A DNA stretch of 64,000 bases from Euryarchaeota archaeon UBA182 (GTDB lineage: Archaea > Thermoplasmatota > Poseidoniia > Poseidoniales > Thalassarchaeaceae), in contig DAGH01000025.1 of NCBI GenBank assembly GCA_002495675.1, forward strand, positions 14,258-78,257. The letters are read 5' to 3'. Positions within the stretch are counted from its first letter, which is position 1. Each line of letters starts with the position of its first letter. The translations under genes were made by a program, and so were the position numbers. Below are positions 29,796-38,690 of the stretch, piece after piece. The notes under the pieces were generated by a model, which saw only the letters and a list, made by a program, of their open reading frames with translations, did not search any database and had not been told where the DNA came from.

Positions 29796-29889
29796 GCCTT
29801 GACGGGAAGGCCCGATTGAATCAACATTGCCCGCTGATTACATCCAATGTAATGAAACGCAAATGGGTGCACGGGTCGATGGGGATCGG

Positions 29890-30357
29890 ATGATCATCGA
29901 CACGGCTGGATTCATCCACTGGCCGCATGACCGCATTAGAGGAGCCATGGTCTCAGCTTCCCAAGTCGCAGAAATTGAAAGGCATGCACCAGAAGTTTAC
30001 CTTCTCCTCGAGCAACTAGACGTGGAAATTGCGATGCCCAGCGAGGAAAGCCTCCAACGAATAGCAGTCATCGCGGCCGAAACGGGTGATTTGGGCGGTC
30101 TCTCACCAGTGGACCTCGAGGTCCTCGCACTAGGACTTGACTACAATCGCGAGATTGCAACAGATGATCATCGAGTCCAGAACGTGGCTGAAGCCAACAA
30201 CATGGCCTGGAGAAGTGTTTCTGGGAGTGGTATCCGAACCAAGTGGAGGTGGAAGTTGAGGTGCTTGGGCTGCAGGAGGGAGTGGCAAGATTCGGAATTG
30301 GAGGATGGAGAGATCTGTAGCGATTGTGGTTCGAGGGTTCGCTTAGTCAGGTCCTGA
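29890..30357 (+). CDS. Nob1-like endonuclease (PIN domain + zinc ribbon)
   Basis: MIIDTAGFIH (PIN acidic residue) ... C-terminal CLGCRREW...CSDCGS ribbon. Size (~155 aa) and architecture of archaeal Nob1. The ORF starts at 29827, but ATG at 29890 is more likely. Confidence 0.6.
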   Translation: MIIDTAGFIHWPHDRIRGAMVSASQVAEIERHAPEVYLLLEQLDVEIAMPSEESLQRIAVIAAETGDLGGLSPVDLEVLALGLDYNREIATDDHRVQNVAEANNMAWRSVSGSGIRTKWRWKLRCLGCRREWQDSELEDGEICSDCGSRVRLVRS

Positions 30358-30570
30358 CTATTCCTCGGAATGCGACTCTGTCCTTCCGCCCCTATCTAGG
30401 TCCTTCTCTGTTTCTGAGGCACCTGCCAAGCCCTCCCTGAGGCCCTGCTGGAACTCCCCTTTGGCCCGACCCATACTCCTGAACAAGGCAGGGATTCTCT
30501 GTGATCCGAAGAATAGGATTCCAATGAATGCGAGAATTGCAAGTTCTGTCACCCCAAGTGTGCCTGCCAT
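30358..30570 (-). CDS. tatA: twin-arginine translocase TatA/E component
   Basis: 70 aa: TM helix ELAILAFIGILFFGS followed by the amphipathic hinge RIPALFRSMGRAKGEFQQG, the TatA signature (FG...P...R..G.A.GEF). Confidence 0.75.
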   Translation of the reverse strand: MAGTLGVTELAILAFIGILFFGSQRIPALFRSMGRAKGEFQQGLREGLAGASETEKDLDRGGRTESHSEE

Positions 30571-30620
30571 GTGCTACTTGAGGGGGTACTATGTCTCAAA
30601 CCCTTCGCAACTCTAAGGCC

Positions 30621-30875
30621 TCATCCCCCGGAGGAGGGGGGCAAGAAGGCGATCTCAGATCCATCTTGCAACACAAGGTCCAACGGGGCCCCGATGTTGC
30701 CGTCAGCGGCTATTCTGATTCCAGAATTGCCCTCCATGGGTATCTCAAATCTTGAAATTAGGTCCCCTACGGTTGAGCCCAAAGGGAGGGTCACTTCGAT
30801 TGATTCAGCCCCCATGACATCCTTGAGCTGCCCAAAGAAAATCATGGATATCCTGACTGCCAACTCGTCTGCCAT
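30621..30875 (-). CDS. MoaD/ThiS-family ubiquitin-like protein (SAMP-like) ending in Gly-Gly
   Basis: ~84 aa from ATG 30875. Beta-grasp pattern RISMIFFGQLKDVMGA ... DGSEIAFLPPSSGG with diglycine C-terminus. ORF N-terminal extension trimmed. Confidence 0.6.
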   Translation of the reverse strand: MADELAVRISMIFFGQLKDVMGAESIEVTLPLGSTVGDLISRFEIPMEGNSGIRIAADGNIGAPLDLVLQDGSEIAFLPPSSGG

Positions 30876-30949
30876 GCTTGCGCCGTGTACAAGAGTTGAA
30901 TAAATTCTCACGTCGGAAGTTGGAAAAGTCAGGTCAGTGGCAGGTGACC

Positions 30950-31621
30950 ATGGCGGATCCACTGGCAGTGGTGTTTGATTGCGACGGAGTATTAGCTAGC
31001 AATGGGTCCTCTTGGCAGTCAATTCACGAAAACTTTGGAACAGAGAACAGAGAAATGTTCTCCAGATTTGTAAAAAGGGAGATCGATGATGACGAGTTCA
31101 TGGCAGACGATGTGTCGAAGTGGATGCAAAAGAGGGAGCGGATTCACAAGGACGATATCGCAAGGTGCTACTCCGGTGTGAAGTTGATGGATGGCGCTAG
31201 AGAAGTTGTTTCAAGGCTTCAGGAAAGAGGTGCCTTAGTTGCGATTGTTTCCTCAGGAGTAGATGTTTTTGTCGGGATGGTAGCCTCGATGCTGAAGGTC
31301 GATGATTGGATTGCCAACGGATTTGAATGGGATGAAGAAGGTTGGATGATCGGCCCTCTGCCATCCCGGGTGTTATCATTCGAAAAGGGACTTGCAGTCG
31401 AGAAATTTAGGAGAATAAATGATCTGAGTCCTGGAGAAATCATATCAGTTGGGGACTCGGGATCGGACCTCTCAATGAAAATTGAGGGTTCGGGCTTCAT
31501 AGCATTCAACCCGAGTGCGAGGTGGTCTCTCGAAGCATTTGAGGCAGCCTCTGTCCCGATTGTGGATTCTGATGATCTCAGAAACATCTGGCCACTCCTT
31601 TTTGATGGCGAGGAATTCTAG
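30950..31621 (+). CDS. HAD-superfamily hydrolase (phosphoserine-phosphatase-like)
   Basis: HAD motif I VVFDCDGVL, motif II SSG, motif IV VGDSGSDLSM. Start trimmed to ATG 30950 (MADPLAVVFDCDG). Confidence 0.7.
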   Translation: MADPLAVVFDCDGVLASNGSSWQSIHENFGTENREMFSRFVKREIDDDEFMADDVSKWMQKRERIHKDDIARCYSGVKLMDGAREVVSRLQERGALVAIVSSGVDVFVGMVASMLKVDDWIANGFEWDEEGWMIGPLPSRVLSFEKGLAVEKFRRINDLSPGEIISVGDSGSDLSMKIEGSGFIAFNPSARWSLEAFEAASVPIVDSDDLRNIWPLLFDGEEF

Positions 31622-31622
31622 G

Positions 31623-33248
31623 TCACACGAAAGGAATAGAAGCGACGGCGTGAGTTTCCAGATTTACCACCGTCAGTATACAGGGAAGGGGTTGGAATCC
31701 CAACATTCGCTGGTAGTCGGTTTGATTCTGCCAGGTCGAACTATGGATGATGTGTGTGCCTTTGTACTGGCTGGCATGATGGCCATGGACATGGCCGGTG
31801 ACAAAAATATCCGGAATGGTTTGAATCACCATCGAATCCTCCGGCTCGGGGGACAAAGGCGTCTTGCCTCCCCATGATGGGGCAAGGTGCCTCCTCTCCA
31901 ACATGGCCATCATGGCTCTTTCCGGGTGTTCGAAGCTTACCGACCGTAAGCTCGACACAAAGTCAGATATGCTCACCCCGTGGTACGCGAGCACCCTAAC
32001 ACCATGCAAACTGAAGTCCGATGGGTTACCGGAAAATGTGACGTCAGAGTAGTCCTGTTGAACATCAGGGTCCAAGGCTGGCTGGGGCTCTGCAGGACGG
32101 ACTGCGTCATGATTCCCGGGCATGATGATTGTGTCGACCCAATCTGGCAGCTCCTCGATCATTCGGGCCAATTCACCATACTGTTTGTAGAGGTCGCGGA
32201 TTGAGAGATGTTTTTCCTGCCCCGGGTATATGCCCACGCCATCAACCCCGTCTCCTGTCATCACGAAATACTTGATCGTCCTGGCGAGAGGATCCTCCTT
32301 GAACCACTGGACCATCTTTTTCCATTGGGCATCGAGGAATGTCTTGCTGCCCACATGTATGTCGGACAAGAAGGCGACTGAGATTGCAGCATCACTACCA
32401 GAAGTTGCCTTTTGGTGGGCTCCCAATGATGGGCGATGCAGGTCCGAGGCCCTCAATCGGCCACTCTCAGTGAAGTATCCAGTTACTCCTATGACATCGT
32501 CATCCAGCAACCCATCTGTAACAGGATGTGTCTTTGTCCATTCTGGCTTTGGGTACAATATGCATTCTACAGAGCCAGTTTCGTCCTCTAAAGCAAACTG
32601 TATGTCTCCATTTCTCCCAAACCTCTTGAACTCGACAAGCCCAACTACCGACACTTCCTTCTCGGGCGAATTTCTTGATTTCCTCTCCCTCCACGCATCA
32701 GATATTCGCGATGGCCGTGTCGGCAATGATCCGGAATCCAAGATCATCTTCCTAATCTTCGCCAACCTGTCAGTGAAACAAGACTGCATGTCGGTCAGGC
32801 GGCCTTCAGTGACAGAGTTTCCCGTGATGTCAAAGTGGATATCTATCTCGGGGTCGATGTCAGTTGCATCCATGGGAAAATCCCGGATGGAGTAATGCTC
32901 GAGACCGTGCGGCCTCGGGGCTACTTGTATCCCATTACTTTCCAACGGGGCGAGGACTCTGCCAGAGTTGCCCGCAGATTGCTCATTGGGAGATTTCCCG
33001 ATTCCGTCCCTTTGAAGATCCATCGTTTGAATTTCGCCTGTCTCTGATGGCTCCATGAGCTTAGATCCTGATTGTATCAGGCTCCTGACAGCGGAGTCGT
33101 CTAAGAGCCTGATTGATTTCTCAAGAGCAGCCTTAATGAGTTGGTCTAGGTTGTCAACAGACTCAATCAAGGGGATGGCGGATCGCTTGACTAGGAGGCC
33201 ATGGGAGATTAACTCCCTGCTGAGTCTGGCCCCATCATCCCCGGTCAT
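31623..33248 (-). CDS. DNA polymerase II (PolD) small subunit DP1
   Basis: Archaea-specific calcineurin-like phosphoesterase/exonuclease: VAFLSDIHVGS, YFVMTGDGVDGVG, IIMPGNHDA, GVRVLAYHG, VTGHVHG. 541 aa. Confidence 0.8.
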   Translation of the reverse strand: MTGDDGARLSRELISHGLLVKRSAIPLIESVDNLDQLIKAALEKSIRLLDDSAVRSLIQSGSKLMEPSETGEIQTMDLQRDGIGKSPNEQSAGNSGRVLAPLESNGIQVAPRPHGLEHYSIRDFPMDATDIDPEIDIHFDITGNSVTEGRLTDMQSCFTDRLAKIRKMILDSGSLPTRPSRISDAWRERKSRNSPEKEVSVVGLVEFKRFGRNGDIQFALEDETGSVECILYPKPEWTKTHPVTDGLLDDDVIGVTGYFTESGRLRASDLHRPSLGAHQKATSGSDAAISVAFLSDIHVGSKTFLDAQWKKMVQWFKEDPLARTIKYFVMTGDGVDGVGIYPGQEKHLSIRDLYKQYGELARMIEELPDWVDTIIMPGNHDAVRPAEPQPALDPDVQQDYSDVTFSGNPSDFSLHGVRVLAYHGVSISDFVSSLRSVSFEHPERAMMAMLERRHLAPSWGGKTPLSPEPEDSMVIQTIPDIFVTGHVHGHHASQYKGTHIIHSSTWQNQTDYQRMLGFQPLPCILTVVNLETHAVASIPFV

Positions 33249-33318
33249 GGTGTGTTACAGTCAGAAGGTCGCTCATGATGCTATCGGGTGTAGTTTGGTC
33301 AGAACTTGTTCGATCAAC

Positions 33319-33987
33319 TCAATCCCAATCTGTTTCCGCGGAAAAATCGACTGATGAGGGTTCTGCTCTACTGATGCCGCGAGGCTCCCATGCCTCTGCA
33401 CCATCCCAATCGTCTTGTTCGATGGTTTTGTTTTCATCATCGACGGTCCTTCTTTGCTCGGCTTTCTTTCGCCTCATCTCTATGTCATCTGCGTGGTCTA
33501 GAATCTCAAGAACCATCCTCAGTGCAAATTGAACGAATGATCGTTTGTTTTCTATTCTATCATTTGACCCAAAATCGTTCCTCCTCACAATGTATCTTCC
33601 GTCGTGGGTCGTCACGGCGACGTAGACCAAACCAACCTCCTTAGTCTCAGTTCCGCCGGTAGGCCCAGCAATCCCTGTTATCGATAGGCTCACTTCGGTC
33701 CCTGCATGGTGCCTGGCTCCGTGTGCCATTTGCAGGGCAACTTTGTGGGAGACCGCACCCTCTCCGCCTAAATCGAATGCGTTTGGAGAAACATCCACCT
33801 CCGATATTTTCGATTCATTGGTGTATACCACCCAACCTTGTTTGAACCATGCCGAGCTTCCTGATATGTCAGTAAAGGTCGAGCAAATCAACCCACCAGT
33901 GCATGACTCAGCCACAGAAATGGACCAACCTCGCTTCTTTAGCCTTCTACCAATTCGCGAAGCCAGGCCTGCGATCTCTTCGACCAT
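33319..33987 (-). CDS. CinA C-terminal domain protein (nicotinamide-nucleotide amidohydrolase PncC-like) with acidic C-terminal tail
   Basis: ISVAESCTGGLICS and SITGIAGPTGG are the CinA-C/PncC signatures. ~60-aa Asp/Glu-rich C-terminal extension. Confidence 0.7.
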   Translation of the reverse strand: MVEEIAGLASRIGRRLKKRGWSISVAESCTGGLICSTFTDISGSSAWFKQGWVVYTNESKISEVDVSPNAFDLGGEGAVSHKVALQMAHGARHHAGTEVSLSITGIAGPTGGTETKEVGLVYVAVTTHDGRYIVRRNDFGSNDRIENKRSFVQFALRMVLEILDHADDIEMRRKKAEQRRTVDDENKTIEQDDWDGAEAWEPRGISRAEPSSVDFSAETDWD

Positions 33988-34022
33988 GTGCCGCGGTGGC
34001 GGGCTTGCCCTAATTGGGTTGA

Positions 34023-34098
34023 TGGTGGGTCCGGCAGGAATTGAACCTGCGATCTTCGCTTTGTAAGAGCGACGTCATAACCCCTAGACCACGGACCC
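34023..34098 (-). tRNA. tRNA-Val (anticodon UAC), CCA encoded
   Basis: Reverse complement GGGTCCGTGGTCTAGGGGTTATGACGTCGCTCTTACAAAGCGAAGATCGCAGGTTCAATTCCTGCCGGACCCACCA. Anticodon loop CUUACAA. Confidence 0.85.
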
Positions 34099-34177
34099 CA
34101 TCCCCCGCAGAGGGTACATGGCTTGAACAACTCGGTCGTTTGATTGGGTTCAAGCAGGACCCCTTGCTCGTACCTAC

Positions 34178-35200
34178 ATGCTCTCCAAGGAGATCAGTCG
34201 TCTCAGGGACAAGGATATCCGCCAAAGGAGAAAGGCGGTAAGGAGGCTTTTCGAAGATGGAGACCCATCAGCTTTGCCTCATTTCATCCCATTCCTAAAC
34301 GACCCCGACGAGTGGTTTGTGGAGCGGGCCATGATAGCGATAGAGAGATGGTATGACGGGATGGACAGGGGGATAGCCCACGCTCTGGCAAATAGCGAAT
34401 TCGCAGAGAGACGACTCTTGGCTGCGAGAGTAGCCTTGAGGCTGGAAAACCCAAGAGGAACATTAAGTGAGCTTACACGGGATGGTGACTTGAAGGTAAG
34501 GATCGCTGCATGGAAGGGGTTGATGAGACTAGACTCCGAGGAGTCAAAAAATGCGCTTAAATCAATGGACACAGCGGTCAGGAAGATGGCTGTTGACAAT
34601 CTGTTTGAGTCAGGATTGGTAAACGAGAAGGTCATGAATGAATTGATGTCAGATCCAGCCTCTGCAGTTCGTAATGCAGTCGCGAAGAACATCTCGGATA
34701 GAAATCTCGATGACTCGGCCAAGGGGGCTTACGACCGATTTGTAAATGACAGAATGGGGGTTGAAGATGCTTCTGAAGCAATCATTGAATCCCCCGTTCT
34801 GGCCTTGAGACTTGCCTGGGTGCAACAATACCTGGCCAGTACAAACCCGAAGGACGTTACATTGCTAACCAAAGGTTTCCGAAACTCATCATGGATGGAG
34901 GAAGGCGCGGCGGTTGATATGGTCTTGGAGCACGCATCGGACCAACTGCTGGAGAGAATATTACGAAGGGGCAAAGGGGATCTTGTTGAGGGAGTTTGCC
35001 TAAGAGTTATCAGGGACCGGAATCGTTCGTCATCAACCAAAGCGAGGGTTGTTCTGGATCGAATAGGCCGAGATCCCAGTCCCGAATTTGCTGAATCGTT
35101 GTTAGCGGAGGAACTAATCACTGATCATGAGCTTTCTTCATCCATTTCGCTACTTGTCAGGGAAACGCTAGGAGTCGATAGCGGGATGCATGAGCCTTGA
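34178..35200 (+). CDS. HEAT/PBS-lyase-like repeat protein (hypothetical)
   Basis: 340 aa of ~30-aa alpha-helical repeats each ending in a VRxxAxxAL-like motif (RRKAVRRLFE, VRIAAWKGLMRL, VRKMAVDNL, VRNAVAKNI). No catalytic motifs. Confidence 0.5.
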   Translation: MLSKEISRLRDKDIRQRRKAVRRLFEDGDPSALPHFIPFLNDPDEWFVERAMIAIERWYDGMDRGIAHALANSEFAERRLLAARVALRLENPRGTLSELTRDGDLKVRIAAWKGLMRLDSEESKNALKSMDTAVRKMAVDNLFESGLVNEKVMNELMSDPASAVRNAVAKNISDRNLDDSAKGAYDRFVNDRMGVEDASEAIIESPVLALRLAWVQQYLASTNPKDVTLLTKGFRNSSWMEEGAAVDMVLEHASDQLLERILRRGKGDLVEGVCLRVIRDRNRSSSTKARVVLDRIGRDPSPEFAESLLAEELITDHELSSSISLLVRETLGVDSGMHEP

Positions 35201-35590
35201 AAGGGGTACTGAAATCGGCGGCAAATCATCCGACAAAAGATGCCTGCTGGTTTTAGGAGGCATCAGATCGCCAGAAAGGCCTGCTTGGATTACATCGTCC
35301 TTGGATATGCTTTCCCTATCGCTGTTTGGCCATAGCAAAAGGGTGATTGAGTCATCGTCGAGGTATTCTACAACAACGCATGGCAAACACTGCAGGTCAA
35401 GCCTTCTCGCGATCTCATATCTGTGGTGCCCATCGAGGATCGTCCCCGTGGCGCCATCGACCAACAAGGGCTTGGTGTATGCGTCCCACCTAATTGTCAT
35501 CCTCTCAAGTTGATCCACCTTCTTCTGAATAACCTGCTCATGTGGCTTCAGTACCTCCACTGGTATCAACTGGACCCTCACAACACTCAA
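35168..35590 (-). CDS. ParB/sulfiredoxin-fold domain protein (hypothetical)
   Basis: PVEVLKPHEQ ... LLVDGATGTILDGHHRYEIARRL resembles the ParB N-terminal/Srx nuclease-like motif (GxxR / DGHHR). Overlaps the HEAT ORF end by ~30 nt. Confidence 0.45.
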   Translation of the reverse strand: MSVVRVQLIPVEVLKPHEQVIQKKVDQLERMTIRWDAYTKPLLVDGATGTILDGHHRYEIARRLDLQCLPCVVVEYLDDDSITLLLWPNSDRESISKDDVIQAGLSGDLMPPKTSRHLLSDDLPPISVPLSRLMHPAIDS

Positions 35591-35655
35591 GACCTGCGTC
35601 AGCGTTTAGCACTGTCTGAACGGCACCGTAAAACGGTAGTCGTCCATGGACCCGC

Positions 35656-36888
35656 GTGGAGGACCCCTCGACCCTACTAACAAAACTCGGTGAGGATGAC
35701 CTCCAAGTGCTCAGAAGGTTGTCCTCTGAAGGAGCAGTGTGGATAGTCGGAGGATGGGTTAGGGACGGCTTGTTATCCACGCACAACTCAGACATGGACA
35801 TTGCTACAGATCTTCTACCCTCGGATGTAATTCGGCTTTTTCCCAACTCCCTCACTCATGGTGCTCGTTTTGGAACGATCGGCGTCAGGATGCCGGGCAA
35901 CGACAGGACCTGGGAGGTCACATCACTGAGGTCTGAGGCAGGCTACACCGACGGTCGCAGGCCAGATGCGGTAGTTTTCGGAAAGGACATAATCGAGGAC
36001 CTCTCGAGAAGGGACTTCACAGTCAACTCGATGGCGATTTCCTTCCCAGACGGTGAATTTCTCGACCCGTTTTGTGGCATGGTCGACCTGCACTCGAAGA
36101 CCATAAGAACCGTGGGGGATCCATCCAAGCGATTCTCGGAAGATGGCTTGAGGATATTACGAGGGTATCGATTCAAGGCGGCTTCGGACCTCTGGACATT
36201 GAACGATGGAACTGAGTTAGCAATGAAAGAATGTGTTCGCATGATAAACAAAGTGTCGCCCGAAAGGATAGGGAGTGAGATAAGGAGGATAATCGAACTC
36301 CCGTCAGGCGGTAATTCAATCAAATTGATGCAAGAGCATGGCATCCTCGAAAAAATACTGCCTGGGGCCAACCTCCCTGGTCATTTTCACGCAACAGGCG
36401 ACATATCCGTGGACATGGCGTTGCTTTACTGCGACAGCGAGGTTGACCTCAAAACATCCTCCGGTATCATCAAAGACAATCTTAAGCTCACGAAAGAAGA
36501 GGTCTCAATCTTTGAATTGTTGATGTCATTGCAAGTTCAAAATGCCCTGACCTCCGCTGAGGAAGTTCGCAGGTTCCACGTGGCTGTTCCACCGGATTGG
36601 AAAGGTAAGGTAGTGAGATATTTTGAGAGCAAGGGAGAGGATCGATCTCAGATTTTGAGCACCGTCGGCCCCCCAGTGGCAGGGACAGTCCCACTTGTTG
36701 ATGGCAACGAGCTTTCCGAGTTCACAGGGTTGGATCCTGGAATTAGACTCGGTCGGCTCAAGGGTCACCTGCATAGACTGCAAATCGAAAGGGATATGAC
36801 TTGCAAAGAAGAAGTTCTCGACTGCATCAGCGAGATTGACTATGTCAACGGGGATCCCCTCGATTGGGATCTATTGTCCTGGCCCTGA
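35656..36888 (+). CDS. class II (bacterial/eukaryotic-type) tRNA nucleotidyltransferase, CCA-adding enzyme-like
   Basis: Pol-beta head motifs VGGWVRDGLLSTHNSDMDIATD (GGxVRD...DxD), RRDFTVNSMAI, EDGLRILRGYRFKAA. ~410 aa. Confidence 0.65.
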   Translation: MEDPSTLLTKLGEDDLQVLRRLSSEGAVWIVGGWVRDGLLSTHNSDMDIATDLLPSDVIRLFPNSLTHGARFGTIGVRMPGNDRTWEVTSLRSEAGYTDGRRPDAVVFGKDIIEDLSRRDFTVNSMAISFPDGEFLDPFCGMVDLHSKTIRTVGDPSKRFSEDGLRILRGYRFKAASDLWTLNDGTELAMKECVRMINKVSPERIGSEIRRIIELPSGGNSIKLMQEHGILEKILPGANLPGHFHATGDISVDMALLYCDSEVDLKTSSGIIKDNLKLTKEEVSIFELLMSLQVQNALTSAEEVRRFHVAVPPDWKGKVVRYFESKGEDRSQILSTVGPPVAGTVPLVDGNELSEFTGLDPGIRLGRLKGHLHRLQIERDMTCKEEVLDCISEIDYVNGDPLDWDLLSWP

Positions 36889-37383
36889 TTACAGGCTCTC
36901 TGCTAAGAATTCGATGTATTCCTGGGGAGAAAGGAAATGATCCTCTTCGTATTCGTGTGGCCTTACTATCATCAACCAGCCATCACCATAAGCCTCGGAA
37001 TTGACTAGGTCTGGTGAGTCCTCTACCTCGCCGTTCAACTCAAGGATTCCACAAGGAAAAGGGCTGTCCAGTAGTACGACGTCGTCAGCGGTCCTCAGAG
37101 TGACAAGTATGTCCTCTGCAGCCAACTCGCCCTCAAGGCCGGATTTCTCCTGTGATTTTTCCTCGCCCTCATCAAAGCCGTCAAGCGCACTCAAGTTGGG
37201 GAGTGTGACTCGGATGAATTCGCCCCACACAGCCGCGACATATTCGCTAACACCCACCTTGACACTGGTTTGTACGTTGCCGTCCTCATCTTCATCCCTG
37301 TCAATCACCTGGAGCCACAAATGCTCCTTTGTGTACCTTCTGTCTTCTGCAACGCTGAATTCAATGTCACCGTCTTCCGCCAT
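36889..37383 (-). CDS. glycine cleavage H-protein-like lipoyl-domain protein with lipoyl-Lys replaced by Arg
   Basis: From ATG 37383: YTKEHLWLQV, VGVSEYVAAVWGEF, DLVNSEAYGDGWLMIVRP match GcvH. The position aligned to the ESVKA lipoyl lysine reads VTLRTAD (Arg). Carries acidic insertions (DRDEDEDGN, DGFDEGEEKSQEKSG). Confidence 0.55.
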   Translation of the reverse strand: MAEDGDIEFSVAEDRRYTKEHLWLQVIDRDEDEDGNVQTSVKVGVSEYVAAVWGEFIRVTLPNLSALDGFDEGEEKSQEKSGLEGELAAEDILVTLRTADDVVLLDSPFPCGILELNGEVEDSPDLVNSEAYGDGWLMIVRPHEYEEDHFLSPQEYIEFLAESL

Positions 37384-37503
37384 GTTGATCGATCCGCGCG
37401 CGGGACCCACCTGACTTGAATCATTCGATTGACGGACGGTCCAATACAATCCAAATTTCGATGGGTTAACAACCATCCACCGCTTCATGGGTACGGGACT
37501 GCA

Positions 37504-38688
37504 ATGGATTTCAGAGAAACTGACGAGCAATCGATGATCAGACAACTCGTAAGAGACTTCGCCGAGGAGGTACTCGCCCCCACTGCATCCCAAAGAGACA
37601 AAGAGCAGCGACCACCTATCGAAGAATGGGAAAAATTCTGCGAAATGGGACTCCAGTCTATGACTATCCCAGAGGAATACGGGGGCAACCCGCTAGACGA
37701 CATCTCTGAGGCGATCGTCGTTGAAGAGCTCGCCAGAGTTGATGCATCTTTCTCAGTGATGTTTTGCGTGCATGTCGGGTTGTGTTCCGCGACTATCGCC
37801 ATACACGGCAATGAACAACAGAAATCGAAGTACCTCCCTATGCTCGCAGGGGGGGAGATTGGTGCCTACTCCCTTTCAGAGGCTGGCTCTGGAACCGACG
37901 CCGCAGCAATGAGCTGCAGTGCAAAACTAAGTGAAGACGGAACCCACTACATCTTGAACGGAGAGAAGATGTGGGTCTCAAACGGCAGTACTGCTGGAAT
38001 CTATGTGCTTTTCGCCAAAGACGTAGATCACCCTGAATTCGGTGTCCGCAGCCATGGTGGAACCACGGCGTTCATCATTGAGAAGGACTTTCCAGGGTTT
38101 TCTGTCGGCAAGAAAGAGGACAAACTAGGAATCAGGTCCTCCGATACTTGCTCATTGGTTCTCAAGGATTGCATGGTGCCGATAGAGAACGTACTAAGGG
38201 CAGCCGGAGAAGGTTTTCCAATAGCGATGAACGCACTTGATAACTCAAGGATTGGGATTGCCGCTCAAGCACTGGGAATAGCTCAGGGGGCATACGAAAC
38301 CGCGCTGAACTACGCCCAACAAAGAACCACCTTTGGCAAACCGATATCACGTCACCAATCCGTTGGGAATTATCTCGCTGACATGGCCACAAAAATTTCC
38401 GCGGCCAGGCTTGTTGTCTACCAGGCGTCATGGGCGAAGGGGAACCACTACCACTCCGGTGGTCCAAGACACACAACAGAAGCCTCGATGGCGAAACTTC
38501 TCGCCGGCGACACGGCGATGTGGGTTGCGGAGAGGGCGGTGCAGGTTCTGGGCGGCTACGGGTACACAACTGATTTCCCTGCTGAGCGCTTCTTCAGGGA
38601 TGCAAAAATTACCCAGATTTACGAAGGTACCCAAGAAGTTCAAAGGATCGTGATCAACAGAGCAATATCCTCAAAGAGATCTGAGTGA
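37504..38688 (+). CDS. acyl-CoA dehydrogenase
   Basis: ACAD fold motifs: GAYSLSEAGSGTDAAAM, LNGEKMWVSNG, and C-terminal QVLGGYGYTTDFPAERFFRDAKITQIYEGTQEVQR (catalytic Glu in YEGT). Start trimmed to ATG 37504. Confidence 0.85.
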   Translation: MDFRETDEQSMIRQLVRDFAEEVLAPTASQRDKEQRPPIEEWEKFCEMGLQSMTIPEEYGGNPLDDISEAIVVEELARVDASFSVMFCVHVGLCSATIAIHGNEQQKSKYLPMLAGGEIGAYSLSEAGSGTDAAAMSCSAKLSEDGTHYILNGEKMWVSNGSTAGIYVLFAKDVDHPEFGVRSHGGTTAFIIEKDFPGFSVGKKEDKLGIRSSDTCSLVLKDCMVPIENVLRAAGEGFPIAMNALDNSRIGIAAQALGIAQGAYETALNYAQQRTTFGKPISRHQSVGNYLADMATKISAARLVVYQASWAKGNHYHSGGPRHTTEASMAKLLAGDTAMWVAERAVQVLGGYGYTTDFPAERFFRDAKITQIYEGTQEVQRIVINRAISSKRSE

Positions 38689-38690
38689 AT

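Noticed and set aside
33939-34225. ORFs 33939-34130 (-) and 34010-34225 (-) overlapping tRNA-Val
   Set aside because: Both cover the tRNA-Val gene at 34023-34098. Artefactual.
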